From an uncultured Chitinophagaceae bacterium (GTDB taxonomy: Bacteria > Bacteroidota > Bacteroidia > Chitinophagales > Chitinophagaceae), in NCBI GenBank assembly GCA_963695165.1, contig CAVOGF010000004.1, positions 304,326 to 368,325 of the forward strand: a stretch of 64,000 nucleotides of DNA, in the 5' to 3' direction. The position numbers were made by a program, and so were the translations under genes. This document shows positions 38,109 through 47,436 of the stretch, piece after piece; the stretch's first letter is position 1; every line of letters begins with the position of its first letter. Below the pieces are notes generated by a model. That model did not search any database. It worked only from the letters and a program-made list of their open reading frames with translations, and was not told the origin of the DNA.

Positions 38109-39186
38109 ATGAAAAATTATTTATTGCTTTTCCTGGTTGCATTTCTGTTAAATGCATGTTCGGATAAAAACGAACAAAAAACTGCTGAACCCGTTCAAAC
38201 GGTTAAATCAATAGAGCTGAGCCAGGTTCTAAAAGACAGACCGGAATATACCATCTCGCTTACCCGGAGAATTAAAACCTTATGAACAGGTAAAAATTTA
38301 TCCAAAAATAAAAGGTTTTATAAAGAACATATATGCAGACAGAGGTAGCAAAGTAAGCAAAGGTCAAATCCTTGCTACATTGGATGCACCTGAAATAACA
38401 CAGCAATACCTGGGGAAAAAGGCTTTGGAAAAAGATGCTTTTGAGAAATACCAATATAGTAAACAATCCTATACAAGATTAATATCTGCAGCTCAAAAAA
38501 ATGGCGCGGTTGCGCCCATCGAATTAGACAGGGCTTATGCTAAAATGCTTGGAGACAGTGCCGCTTATCAAAACGCTCAGGCGGAGGTAACGGAAGCCGG
38601 ACAAGCTATTCAATATTTGAAAATCATTGCTCCTTTTGATGGCATTGTTACCGCAAGAAATGTATCTGCAGGCGCTTTGGCAGGTGATAATGGAGCCGCA
38701 AAAGAACCTTTATTTGAATTAGGCCAGCAGCATAAATTACGGCTCACCATAGCGATTCCCGAAAAACAAATCCATAGTTTGCCTGCGGGCACAAAAGCTT
38801 CTTTTTCAGTCATTGACCGGCCGGGAAAGATTTTCACCGCCGACCTTTCAAGAAGTAGCGGGCTGCTGGATCAGTCATTAAGATCTGTGATGGCCGAGTT
38901 TGATGTGGACAATTCAAATGAAGCGCTACGCGGCGGGCAATATGCCAAAGTGGACATTACTTTAATAAGACCTGATTCCTCTTTATGGGTTCCGTCTTCC
39001 AGCGTTGTACAATCACAGTCCGGTATCTTTGTGTTGCGCGTTGAAGATAAAAAGGTAAAACGCATCCCGGTTTCTACCGGCATTATTAAAGATGGTAAAA
39101 CGGAAATTTTTGGCGATATTCAGGCTGAAGATAAGATCGTATTAAAGGGTAGTGAAGAAATTAAAGAAGGAACGATCATTCCCTGA
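38109..39186 (+). pseudogene. RND periplasmic adaptor (MFP) lipoprotein, frameshifted
   Basis: The ATG at 38109 gives lipoprotein signal MKNYLLLFLVAFLLNAC. That frame stops at ~38283. From ~38259-38267 (cttacccgg) another frame reads LPGELKPYEQVKIYPKIKGFIKNIYADRGSKVSKGQILATLDAPE, which continues into ORF 38380-39186. Confidence 0.8.
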
Positions 39187-39296
39187 TAAAAATATTGTAT
39201 CTGAAAATCTGTTCATTTTTTAGCTCTGATTAATCAGGCTAAAGCAAACTAAAATATGTTTTATAGTTCCCCGTTAAGGGAGGCTCAAAATAAAAG

Positions 39297-39878
39297 ATGA
39301 TGAAAAAAACAACTCAATTATTCCGAAAAAATGGCGGTACCATTATTTTAATATTGTTCATATTGTTGTTCGCATTTAATCCGGATGCAAAAGCATGGGT
39401 ATTGGATAAACTGATCCATACAGGCCTTTTTAAAATGGACACTAAAAATGAAAACATCATTTCACAATCTTCAACAGCGAATCTTTTGTTGAAAAAAGAC
39501 GATGGTTCCCTTCTTAATACTACTGATTTAAAAGGCAAGGTAGTATTTATCAATTTCTGGGCTACCTGGTGTCCGCCATGCAGGGCTGAAATGCCTTCCA
39601 TACAAGGCTTGTATAATAAATTAAAAAATGATGATCGTTTTGTTTTTATCATGGTTGATGCGGATGGGGACATCAAAAAATCGAAACAGTTTTTAAATAA
39701 AAACAAATATGATATGCCACTCTACATTGCCGTTGAAGAAATTCCCACCCAATTTTTGAGAGGCAGTATTCCCACCACCGTCATTCTTGACGCAAAAGGG
39801 AATATGGTACAAAGGCATGAAGGGATGGCAAATTACGACACACCGGAAATGATGGATTATTTAAAAAGATTTTTATAG
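39297..39878 (+). CDS. TlpA-family thiol:disulfide oxidoreductase (thioredoxin fold)
   Basis: FINFWATWCPPCRAEMP active-site CxxC motif and an N-terminal membrane anchor. Confidence 0.85.
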   Translation: MMKKTTQLFRKNGGTIILILFILLFAFNPDAKAWVLDKLIHTGLFKMDTKNENIISQSSTANLLLKKDDGSLLNTTDLKGKVVFINFWATWCPPCRAEMPSIQGLYNKLKNDDRFVFIMVDADGDIKKSKQFLNKNKYDMPLYIAVEEIPTQFLRGSIPTTVILDAKGNMVQRHEGMANYDTPEMMDYLKRFL

Positions 39879-39957
39879 AAAGAATTTCCTGCAAAAAACA
39901 CGGTTAAACGCTGAGAAAAAATATCAACGCTAATGACTTGAAATATTTTCAGTACGT

Positions 39958-40968
39958 TTGAAATTTAGTAAGCGAATATCCATGCGATCATACATCAGGG
40001 CTATTATTCACGTGTACCGGGAAATAAAAATTCAAAAACAATACAATAAAGAATTTTTAATTCCCTATCTCAAAGAACTGGAAGACAAATACAATGGAAA
40101 TTTTTCCGCGGCACAGACGGAAAAAATCCTGAAATATTATGGCCTTTTTATCACTTCATTTTTATGCAGCAGCTATAAAAGGCTACAGGGAAAAAACCTG
40201 AATGAAGCCGAAAGAAAAAGAGCTACGTTATTTGGGATCCTTACGCCGGTAGGCGATGACCTGTTTGACATTGACAAATTAAACATCGAAAACATCCGGA
40301 CGATTACCTATAATCCGGATGTTTTTATTGCGAATAGTTTCTCCGCTCATGTAGCCAAAGAAATACAATCTTACCTGTTGAAGCATGTTCCGGATCAGCA
40401 GGAATATTTACAAGCTTCAAAAAACGTTTTGGAAATACAGGTAGAAACCATTCAACAAACCCATCCATCCATTTCCAAAGAAACACTGGAAGCCATTACC
40501 TACTCAAAAGGCGCTTATTCCGTCATCATTTATCACCAGGCATTGGATACCATTGCGGATGCGCAAATGAAGGAAGTATTGTACCTGATCGGGAGTTTAT
40601 TTCAATTGGGCAATGATATTTTTGACCTGTATAAAGATGTAAAAGACAACATTTATACACTGGTAAATACCTGCGATGATTTTAGTTTATTCAGCATAGA
40701 TTTTAAAGAAAGGATCCGAAGTATGAACAAGGCTATTTATGCATTGCCTTACAGTGCAAAAGATAAAAAAGAATTCTCCATAATCATGAATACGATCAAT
40801 GCGAGAAGCATGGTAGCTTTGGAACAGTTTGAGCGCCTTCAGAAAAAAACAGGAAACAAAATTGAATGGTGGAACCGTTCAAGAAAAGATATGATCTGCG
40901 ATATGGAAAAACCCGCCAACGTACTGCGTTGGTTTTATTATATATGTACTTTACCAGGATTGAAATAA
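39958..40968 (+). CDS. class 1 isoprenoid-biosynthesis-enzyme-like protein (terpene/phytoene synthase superfamily, tentative)
   Basis: Asp-rich motif PVGDDLFDID (DDxxD) and a second metal-binding-like motif QLGNDIFDLYKDVKDN. The text is helix-rich. The start may be the ATG at 39982. Confidence 0.5.
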   Translation: MKFSKRISMRSYIRAIIHVYREIKIQKQYNKEFLIPYLKELEDKYNGNFSAAQTEKILKYYGLFITSFLCSSYKRLQGKNLNEAERKRATLFGILTPVGDDLFDIDKLNIENIRTITYNPDVFIANSFSAHVAKEIQSYLLKHVPDQQEYLQASKNVLEIQVETIQQTHPSISKETLEAITYSKGAYSVIIYHQALDTIADAQMKEVLYLIGSLFQLGNDIFDLYKDVKDNIYTLVNTCDDFSLFSIDFKERIRSMNKAIYALPYSAKDKKEFSIIMNTINARSMVALEQFERLQKKTGNKIEWWNRSRKDMICDMEKPANVLRWFYYICTLPGLK

Positions 40969-40978
40969 AATCTGCAAC

Positions 40979-42178
40979 ATGAATTTGTTTTTTTTCACAA
41001 TTTTTAAAATATCACGAATTCTTTGCATTGCTTTAATGATTGTGTCGTTTTCCCGGCAACCGGTAATCGCACAACAAAATGATTCCGCCCTCATTAAAGG
41101 GTTGATAAAAAGCATCGCCGAAGATCAGGTAAAGACTGATGGGGAATTCTATGCCGGCATGTATCCGTCCTTTCGAGAAACTGCCGGATCGCCGCATAAT
41201 TATCAGCCGGATAACAATATTTTTTTTACAGCAGTGGCAACATTTGCATTAAAAAACATGCTTCCTGGCTTAACAGGAGAAAACAAAGCCATTGCAGCAA
41301 ACCTGATAAACAATTCAATAAAAACTTATCCCTATTATCAAAATAAAAATGGCGAACCTTATTACGGATTCTGGCCAACTTATGGTGTCATCATGCCGAA
41401 TTCTTATTATTTTAAATATCTGAAAGGTGTTTTTGGACAAGGCGAAGATGCAGATGATAGCGTGATGATTTTGATGACGATGGATAACAATGATAGCATC
41501 TGTAAAGTACTGAAAAACAGAATGATACTTGCCAGCAACCTTGAAAAGAAGAAAAGGAAGATCATTTCTACCTATAAAAAGTATAGAAACATTCCGGCCT
41601 ATTCCACTTATCTGGGACTGCGCATGACCCCTGATTTCGATTTCGCTGTCCATTGCAATATTCTATATTTCATGCTCGACAAAAAGCTCCCGATGGTAAA
41701 GCAGGACAGCGCCACCATTTATCTTTTACAGCAAATGATAAAGAACAGGGAGTATAAAAAAACGCCGGTTTTTCTTTCGCCCTATTATGTGCATTCCTCC
41801 ATTTTATTGTATCATGTTGCACGGCTGATGGGAAAATTTTCCATCCCCGAACTGGAGCTGTATAAACCACAGCTTATTACCGATATCCATGAAGCATTGA
41901 CAAAGAGTTCCAACATCATGGATAAAATTATTCTCAGTACTTCATTATTACGGTTAGGCGCTGATGCACCTGCTCTACCAATACACAACCTTAATGATTT
42001 TGAAAACAGCAATCAAAACCGATTTGTTTTTTTCCAGGCCCGCGCTGCTTTTTCATATCCGGTATTATTGAAACAAATATTCCTGCACTGGAGTTATATC
42101 AATTATTATTTTTATTGCCCGGCATACAATAAGGTTTTATTGCTGGAATATCTTATTGAAAAAAAGAAGAATAATTGA
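40979..42178 (+). CDS. hypothetical protein with DxDD-type motif (possible class II terpene cyclase / prenyltransferase-like alpha-alpha fold)
   Basis: N-terminal hydrophobic leader. EDQVKTDGEFY and NGEPYYGFWP...GEDADDSVMILM resemble the DxDD(T/S)A context of class II cyclases. It starts 11 nt after the preceding gene. Confidence 0.35.
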   Translation: MNLFFFTIFKISRILCIALMIVSFSRQPVIAQQNDSALIKGLIKSIAEDQVKTDGEFYAGMYPSFRETAGSPHNYQPDNNIFFTAVATFALKNMLPGLTGENKAIAANLINNSIKTYPYYQNKNGEPYYGFWPTYGVIMPNSYYFKYLKGVFGQGEDADDSVMILMTMDNNDSICKVLKNRMILASNLEKKKRKIISTYKKYRNIPAYSTYLGLRMTPDFDFAVHCNILYFMLDKKLPMVKQDSATIYLLQQMIKNREYKKTPVFLSPYYVHSSILLYHVARLMGKFSIPELELYKPQLITDIHEALTKSSNIMDKIILSTSLLRLGADAPALPIHNLNDFENSNQNRFVFFQARAAFSYPVLLKQIFLHWSYINYYFYCPAYNKVLLLEYLIEKKKNN

Positions 42179-42202
42179 TTAAACTTTCGCTTTCAAGTTT
42201 TA

Positions 42203-43210
42203 CTAAGGAAATTTTCTAAACACAGTTAGCCGCAATACCATTTCCAATAAAATCAATAATAAACCCGTTATAAGCCAGGGAAGATATTCTTCCGTAAAGC
42301 GATGATAGGTAGTAATTTCTATTTTTGATTTTTCGAGCTGATTGATGCTGGTATAAATTTTTTGTAACGCATCGTTATCGGTTGCATGAAAATATTGCCC
42401 ATTGGTTGATTGAGCCAGGTCCTTCAATAACCCTTCATTAAATTCCAGTTTTTTTCGTTCTGTCATCGGTCCAAAAGGAGAGTTCACCACTTCATTCATT
42501 TCCGTATCACTTCCTATGCCAATAGTATAAATTTTAATGCCATACAATTTTGCCATATCCCTGGCAATATCAGGCGATATAGCGCCGCCAAAATCAACGC
42601 CATCTGTGAGCAGTATAATAATCTTTGTTTTAGATTTACTGTGGCGAAGCCGGTCCACACTCGTTGCAATTCCCGAGCCTATAGCAGTTCCTTCCTCCTG
42701 CAAATAACCGCTTTGAATATTGCTGATCTGCGCCAGTACACTATTGAGATCAGTAGTAACAGGACAGAGTGTAAAACTCAGGTTACTGAATATCACAATC
42801 CCAATGCGGTCGCCCTGTCGCTGGCGGACAAATTCAGTGGCTACTTCTTTTGAAGCTTCGAGCCGGTTGGGCTGAAAGTCTTTCGCAGTCATACTTCCAC
42901 TGATATCAAAGCACAACACAATATCAATTCCTTCACCGGTAGTATGCTCTTCATTAAACTTTATCTGTGGCCTTGCAAGCGCTACGATCAGGCATACTAA
43001 AGCGATACAGCGTAAAATAAATGGCAGATGATGCAGCATCGTTCTGATGCTTTTAATACCCGTTAAAAAATTTGTGGTAGAAATGTCCATAGAAGCTTCC
43101 ATCCGCTTAAAACGGCGGATGTATTCATATACCATTATGGGAATAAGGAGGAGTAATCCCAATATCCAGCCATATGCAAATTCAGTATGTTTAAGCCATT
43201 CAGTAAGCAT
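42203..43210 (-). CDS. batA: VWA domain-containing protein, BatA-like
   Basis: N-terminal TM segments followed by a VWA MIDAS motif, IVLCFDISGSM. It is the last gene of the MoxR-DUF58 operon. Confidence 0.85.
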   Translation of the reverse strand: MLTEWLKHTEFAYGWILGLLLLIPIMVYEYIRRFKRMEASMDISTTNFLTGIKSIRTMLHHLPFILRCIALVCLIVALARPQIKFNEEHTTGEGIDIVLCFDISGSMTAKDFQPNRLEASKEVATEFVRQRQGDRIGIVIFSNLSFTLCPVTTDLNSVLAQISNIQSGYLQEEGTAIGSGIATSVDRLRHSKSKTKIIILLTDGVDFGGAISPDIARDMAKLYGIKIYTIGIGSDTEMNEVVNSPFGPMTERKKLEFNEGLLKDLAQSTNGQYFHATDNDALQKIYTSINQLEKSKIEITTYHRFTEEYLPWLITGLLLILLEMVLRLTVFRKFP

Positions 43211-44213
43211 TATTATATTTCATCTGTTGTGACAATTGATCCGTATGTTGAATGATGATCTTAACGATTTTCACCGCGTCTTCATTTTGTGTTTTATCCG
43301 GAAAATATTTGGCAAATTTCACCGCGTCTGCAAGACGAATCAACTGATAAAACCGGGTGCGTAAATCTTCCTGTTGCAAATATATCTTTAACTTAACCAT
43401 CATTTCATCACTGGTAAACCGGAGGGAAGAAATCCGCAACTGTTCTTCAAAATAGCTGCGATAAATTTCATCCAGCCGCGTATAAAATAGTTTAGTTTGA
43501 TTTTTTGAGGGCAAATCTTCTTCTTCCAAAATCCGGATCTGCTCCATCGCCCATTCAAGTGGCGAACCTTTAATCACTGCTTTTGGGGGAGGAATAACAA
43601 CTTTTTTATTCTTTATCAGAAACTTCCAGAGGAAAAATAAAGACAGCAGGGTAATGATAATAAGTGACACGATAAGCCAGGGATTATTTTTAACAACAAC
43701 CTCCTCAATATCTTTCATTTCATGATAGGTCTTCAAATTACTTACATCAACGGGTAAAACCTGTAATGAAAGCGCATTCGTTTTAAGCGTTACAGTTTTT
43801 CCTTCTGCGAATGGATGAAAATACACGGATAAAGGTGGTATCTGCCATTGACCGGAATCAAAGGAAGTGAGCGTTATTTTTTGAAAATAAGTTGTAAGTC
43901 CGTTTATAACAAGCGTATCAATAACATCTCTTTTTATCACTTCAATATGATCAATCGAATCAGGCAGGTTGAACCAGGCATTCAGGAAAGCAGTGCGTGT
44001 ATTGAAATCTTCGATTTTTAATTGCAGAACTACCTGCTCACCCAGCAAAATTTTATCCCGGTCAAGTGATGCGGATACGGATTGCGCTTGTATCGGGTTA
44101 AAAGCATTCATCCATAATACAATCGCAATAAAAAAAACAAACAATTGAATGCTCCGCTCCTGCTTACGGGATAATTTTTTTTTTGGTGGTGTAATAATAT
44201 ACGCGTTCATCAT
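43200..44213 (-). CDS. hypothetical membrane protein of the MoxR/Bat operon (BatD/DUF4381-like)
   Basis: Signal/anchor, SASLDRDKILLGEQVVLQLKIE (BatD-like N-terminal beta-region), and a central TM segment. Start and stop overlap the neighbouring genes. Confidence 0.5.
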   Translation of the reverse strand: MMNAYIITPPKKKLSRKQERSIQLFVFFIAIVLWMNAFNPIQAQSVSASLDRDKILLGEQVVLQLKIEDFNTRTAFLNAWFNLPDSIDHIEVIKRDVIDTLVINGLTTYFQKITLTSFDSGQWQIPPLSVYFHPFAEGKTVTLKTNALSLQVLPVDVSNLKTYHEMKDIEEVVVKNNPWLIVSLIIITLLSLFFLWKFLIKNKKVVIPPPKAVIKGSPLEWAMEQIRILEEEDLPSKNQTKLFYTRLDEIYRSYFEEQLRISSLRFTSDEMMVKLKIYLQQEDLRTRFYQLIRLADAVKFAKYFPDKTQNEDAVKIVKIIIQHTDQLSQQMKYNNAY

Positions 44214-45076
44214 GCCCTCTTAATAAAAAATTGCTGTAAAGCTTTTACATAATCCTGTCCGGTAGATAATTGAATCAGATCAGCGCCTGCCCGTCGAAAA
44301 TAAAGCTTTGCATCTTCTATGATCTTTAAAAATTGCTGATTGTATTGAAAGCGCGTAATGGTATCATTGGTATCCAACAAGACAGTCTTACCTGTTTCCG
44401 AATCTTTTACCTGCAACAATCCGATCTTGGGGAGTTGTTCATCCCTTTTATCATAAACCTGCACTCCAATAACATCATGCCGTTTTGCAGCTATACGCAG
44501 TACATCTTTATATCCAGCATCTGCAAAATCACTTAACACGAATACAATACTTTTTTGGCGGGTTGCATTGTTTAAAAAACTCAAAGCTTTTACGATATCC
44601 GTATTGGCAGAACGCGGTTGAAAAGACAATAACTCCCGTACCATATACAGCACATGGTCCCTTCCCTTTTTGGCGGGAATAAATTTTTCAACCTTATCAC
44701 TAAAAAATATAAGTCCCGTTTTATCATTATTGCTTGCGGCAGAAAAGGCAAGGACGGCGCATATTTCTGTAATCAGATCTTTCTTAGTCTGGCGGAATGT
44801 ACCAAATAAACTACTTGCACTCACATCCACCAGTAAGTATACGCTTAATTCCCTTTCTTCTTCAAACAGTTTACTGTAAGTATGTCCCATCCGGGCTGAA
44901 ACATTCCATTCAATAAAGCGTACATCATCCCCGGGCTGATATTCGCGCACTTCTTTAAAGATCATTCCACGTCCTTTAAACGCTGTATGATATTCACCGG
45001 TAAATATATGATTCGTAAGTCTTTTGCTGATGATCTCCAGCTCGCGGACTTTTTTTAATATTTCTGATGTTGTCAT
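44210..45076 (-). CDS. DUF58 domain-containing protein
   Basis: FKGRGMIFKEVREYQPGDDVRFIEWNVSARM is the DUF58 hallmark. The start is set at the ATG at 45076 (MTTSEILKK), because the listed extension MVANHQPQTINHQPPTI translates the flanking repeat. Confidence 0.85.
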   Translation of the reverse strand: MTTSEILKKVRELEIISKRLTNHIFTGEYHTAFKGRGMIFKEVREYQPGDDVRFIEWNVSARMGHTYSKLFEEERELSVYLLVDVSASSLFGTFRQTKKDLITEICAVLAFSAASNNDKTGLIFFSDKVEKFIPAKKGRDHVLYMVRELLSFQPRSANTDIVKALSFLNNATRQKSIVFVLSDFADAGYKDVLRIAAKRHDVIGVQVYDKRDEQLPKIGLLQVKDSETGKTVLLDTNDTITRFQYNQQFLKIIEDAKLYFRRAGADLIQLSTGQDYVKALQQFFIKRA

Positions 45077-45152
45077 GATGGTTGGTGGTTGGTGGTTGAT
45101 AGTTTGTGGTTGGTGGTTTGCAACCAACCATCAACTATCAACCACCAACTAT
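45077..45152. repeat. GGTTGGTGG-family repeat forming an imperfect hairpin; left flank of the four-helix-bundle gene
   Basis: gatggttggtggttggtggttgatagtttgtggttggtggtttg / caaccaaccatcaactatcaaccaccaactat. Confidence 0.85.
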
Positions 45153-45517
45153 TTTAATTCAGGCCTTTGCTCAATTGATCTGATTAAGCCATTAAGTGTT
45201 TTTAATGAGTTTTCTATTGAAGGCTGAATATGATCAAAATCTGATTGTTGAATAATTTCTGTCATTACTGCCACCAATAACTCAGTTTCCAATTCATACA
45301 ATGAACCTCTTGCTATAAAAAGGAATTGCAAAGTATCTTTCCTGTATTGTCTTCCTAATCCTTCAGCAATATTTGCCGGTACAGAAACAGCAGCTCTTTT
45401 AGTTTGAGAAGTCAAACCAAACATCTCATCTTTAGGATATTTTTTTGTTAGCATGTATACTTCTTTTACAAGCTCCATGGAAAATTTCCAAACATCCAAT
45501 GTTTTATAATTAGCCAT
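45149..45517 (-). CDS. four-helix bundle protein (23S rRNA intervening-sequence protein family)
   Basis: MANYKTLDVWKFSMELVKEVYMLTKKYPKDEMFGLTSQTKRAAVSVPANIAEGLGRQ...ARGSLYELETEL is the family's characteristic sequence. Confidence 0.9.
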   Translation of the reverse strand: MANYKTLDVWKFSMELVKEVYMLTKKYPKDEMFGLTSQTKRAAVSVPANIAEGLGRQYRKDTLQFLFIARGSLYELETELLVAVMTEIIQQSDFDHIQPSIENSLKTLNGLIRSIEQRPELK

Positions 45518-45540
45518 ATAATTTTAACCTATATTTTTAT

Positions 45541-45595
45541 GCCACCACAAACAACTATCAACTATCAACTATCAACTACTAACCATCAACTACAG
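45541..45595. repeat. CAACTATCAAC repeat (inverse of the GGTTGATAGTTG family); right flank of the four-helix-bundle gene
   Basis: gccaccacaaacaactatcaactatcaactatcaactactaaccatcaactacag. Confidence 0.85.
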
Positions 45596-46594
45596 TCACG
45601 GCACTTGCACTGTTTTTAGAATATCCTCAATCATTTGTTCGGAATTAATGTTCTCTGCTTCCGCTTCATAGGTTAGACCAATGCGATGCCGCATTACATC
45701 TTTACAAATAGCTTTAATATCATCCGGAATTACAAATCCGCGTCTTTCCATAAAAGCATGCGCTTTTGCGGCTAATGCGAGGTTGATGCTTGCCCGGGGT
45801 GAGCCCCCATAACTGATCATGCTTTTCAGTCTTCCCAAACCATACTGATCGGGATAGCGGGTGGCGAAAACAATATCTACAATATAACGTTCAATTTTTT
45901 CATCCATATAAACCTGCCTGGTAAATTCCCTTCCCATTAATATTTCATGTGTACTTACCACAGGATTTATTGAAGGCAACTCCAATCCCTGCACCTGTTG
46001 GCGGATAATAAATTGTTCTTCCTTTTTATCAGGATAACCCACAATTACCTTAAACATAAAACGATCTACCTGGGCTTCCGGTAAAGGATAAGTACCTTCC
46101 TGCTCCAGCGGATTTTGCGTGGCCAGTACCAGAAACGGTTCTTCCAAAGGATATGTTTGTTCACCAATGGTTACCTGTCTTTCCTGCATGGCTTCCAGTA
46201 AGGCGCTCTGCACTTTTGCGGGAGCACGGTTAATTTCATCGGCTAAAATAAAGTTGGAAAAAATAGGTCCTTTTCTAACCATAAACTCATTCCGCGACTG
46301 ATTATAGATCATGGTACCCACCACATCTGCAGGCAGGAGATCTGGTGTAAACTGAATCCGGCTAAACTTCGCATGAATGGCTTGCGCAAGGGATTTAATG
46401 GTCAATGTCTTGGCCAGCCCGGGCACCCCTTCCAATAACACATGTCCATTGCTGAGCAACCCGATCAGTAAACGGTCTACCATCAGGTGCTGACCAATAA
46501 GCACTTTCTTAAGCTCCGTACGCAGTTTGTCCACAAAAACCGCATGATGCTGAATCTTTTCATTAAGCAGACGAATATCCTCTCCTGTTTGCAT
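45596..46594 (-). CDS. MoxR family AAA+ ATPase
   Basis: LLEGVPGLAKT Walker A, ILADEINRAPAKVQSALLEAMQE, and a 332-aa length typical of MoxR. Confidence 0.92.
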   Translation of the reverse strand: MQTGEDIRLLNEKIQHHAVFVDKLRTELKKVLIGQHLMVDRLLIGLLSNGHVLLEGVPGLAKTLTIKSLAQAIHAKFSRIQFTPDLLPADVVGTMIYNQSRNEFMVRKGPIFSNFILADEINRAPAKVQSALLEAMQERQVTIGEQTYPLEEPFLVLATQNPLEQEGTYPLPEAQVDRFMFKVIVGYPDKKEEQFIIRQQVQGLELPSINPVVSTHEILMGREFTRQVYMDEKIERYIVDIVFATRYPDQYGLGRLKSMISYGGSPRASINLALAAKAHAFMERRGFVIPDDIKAICKDVMRHRIGLTYEAEAENINSEQMIEDILKTVQVP

Positions 46595-46710
46595 ACTGTG
46601 AAATTGATTTTATCCGTGAAAGTACAAAGTAAGCAGGCTATTGCATTAAAAAACAACCGTCCTTTGTAATTTTCGAAACATTAACCAACAATTATGCCGT
46701 ATGAAGCTCT

Positions 46711-46798
46711 GAAGCCCCCGCCCTAAAGGGAGCTTGTTAAGAGTGCTGAGATTTTAGACATGTTTTTAGTTGTGTGGAAGCCCCCGCCCTAAAGGGAG
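46711..46798. repeat. 22-nt perfect direct repeat GAAGCCCCCGCCCTAAAGGGAG x2 (46711-46732, 46777-46798)
   Basis: Read directly from the sequence. Each copy contains a CCC-TAAA-GGG mini-hairpin. The pair lies in the divergent spacer between moxR and the ECF sigma gene. Confidence 0.85.
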
Positions 46799-46927
46799 AT
46801 TTACATCAGCAATTCATATTTCCCAACAGGGGAACCAAAAAATATTCAACTTTGCTGTAACATTTAATTCTAAAAAGCGTACAATAATCAGAAAACGAAA
46901 CAATCTGATTTATTTACGAGCTGTTTT

Positions 46928-47413
46928 ATGACCGAAAGAGAATATAATGAATGTGTAAACCTGCATGCAGATGGCGTGTTTCGTTTTATTGTAAAAAATT
47001 TACGGCACGAAGAAGATGCTCGAGATATTGTACAAACCGCATTTGAAAAATTATGGCGTAACAGGGAAATGGTTGATAATGAAAAAAGTAAATCCTATTT
47101 ATTTACCGTTGCTTACAATCAGATGATTGATACGATCAGGAAAAATAAACGGGTTCAGAATAAGCCGGACTTACATTCTGAAAATCAGGTACAGCATCAA
47201 CCGGGGTTCCAGGCAAAAAAAATTTTACAGGAAGCGCTTAACAGGTTGAATGAAACACAACGAAGCCTGGTAATGCTGAAAGATTATGAAGGATACAGCT
47301 ATGAAGAAATCGGGCAGATCATGAACCTAAATGCAAGCCAGGTAAAAGTGTATCTGCACCGTGCAAGGCTGACATTGAGAAATTATCTTGTAAGTCCTGA
47401 AAACGTGATTTAA
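46928..47413 (+). CDS. ECF-type RNA polymerase sigma-70 family factor
   Basis: Region 2 (DARDIVQTAFEKLW...YLFTVAYNQMIDTIR) and region 4 (LNETQRSLVMLKDYEGYSYEEIGQIMNLNASQVKVYLHRAR). Confidence 0.88.
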   Translation: MTEREYNECVNLHADGVFRFIVKNLRHEEDARDIVQTAFEKLWRNREMVDNEKSKSYLFTVAYNQMIDTIRKNKRVQNKPDLHSENQVQHQPGFQAKKILQEALNRLNETQRSLVMLKDYEGYSYEEIGQIMNLNASQVKVYLHRARLTLRNYLVSPENVI

Positions 47414-47436
47414 ATGATTACTGACAAATTTTAAAA

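Noticed and set aside
46820-46880. GGAACC … GCGTAC as an autoregulated ECF-type promoter upstream of the sigma gene
   Set aside because: The spacing between the two elements (~45 nt) is far from the 16-17 nt expected, so no promoter call was made.
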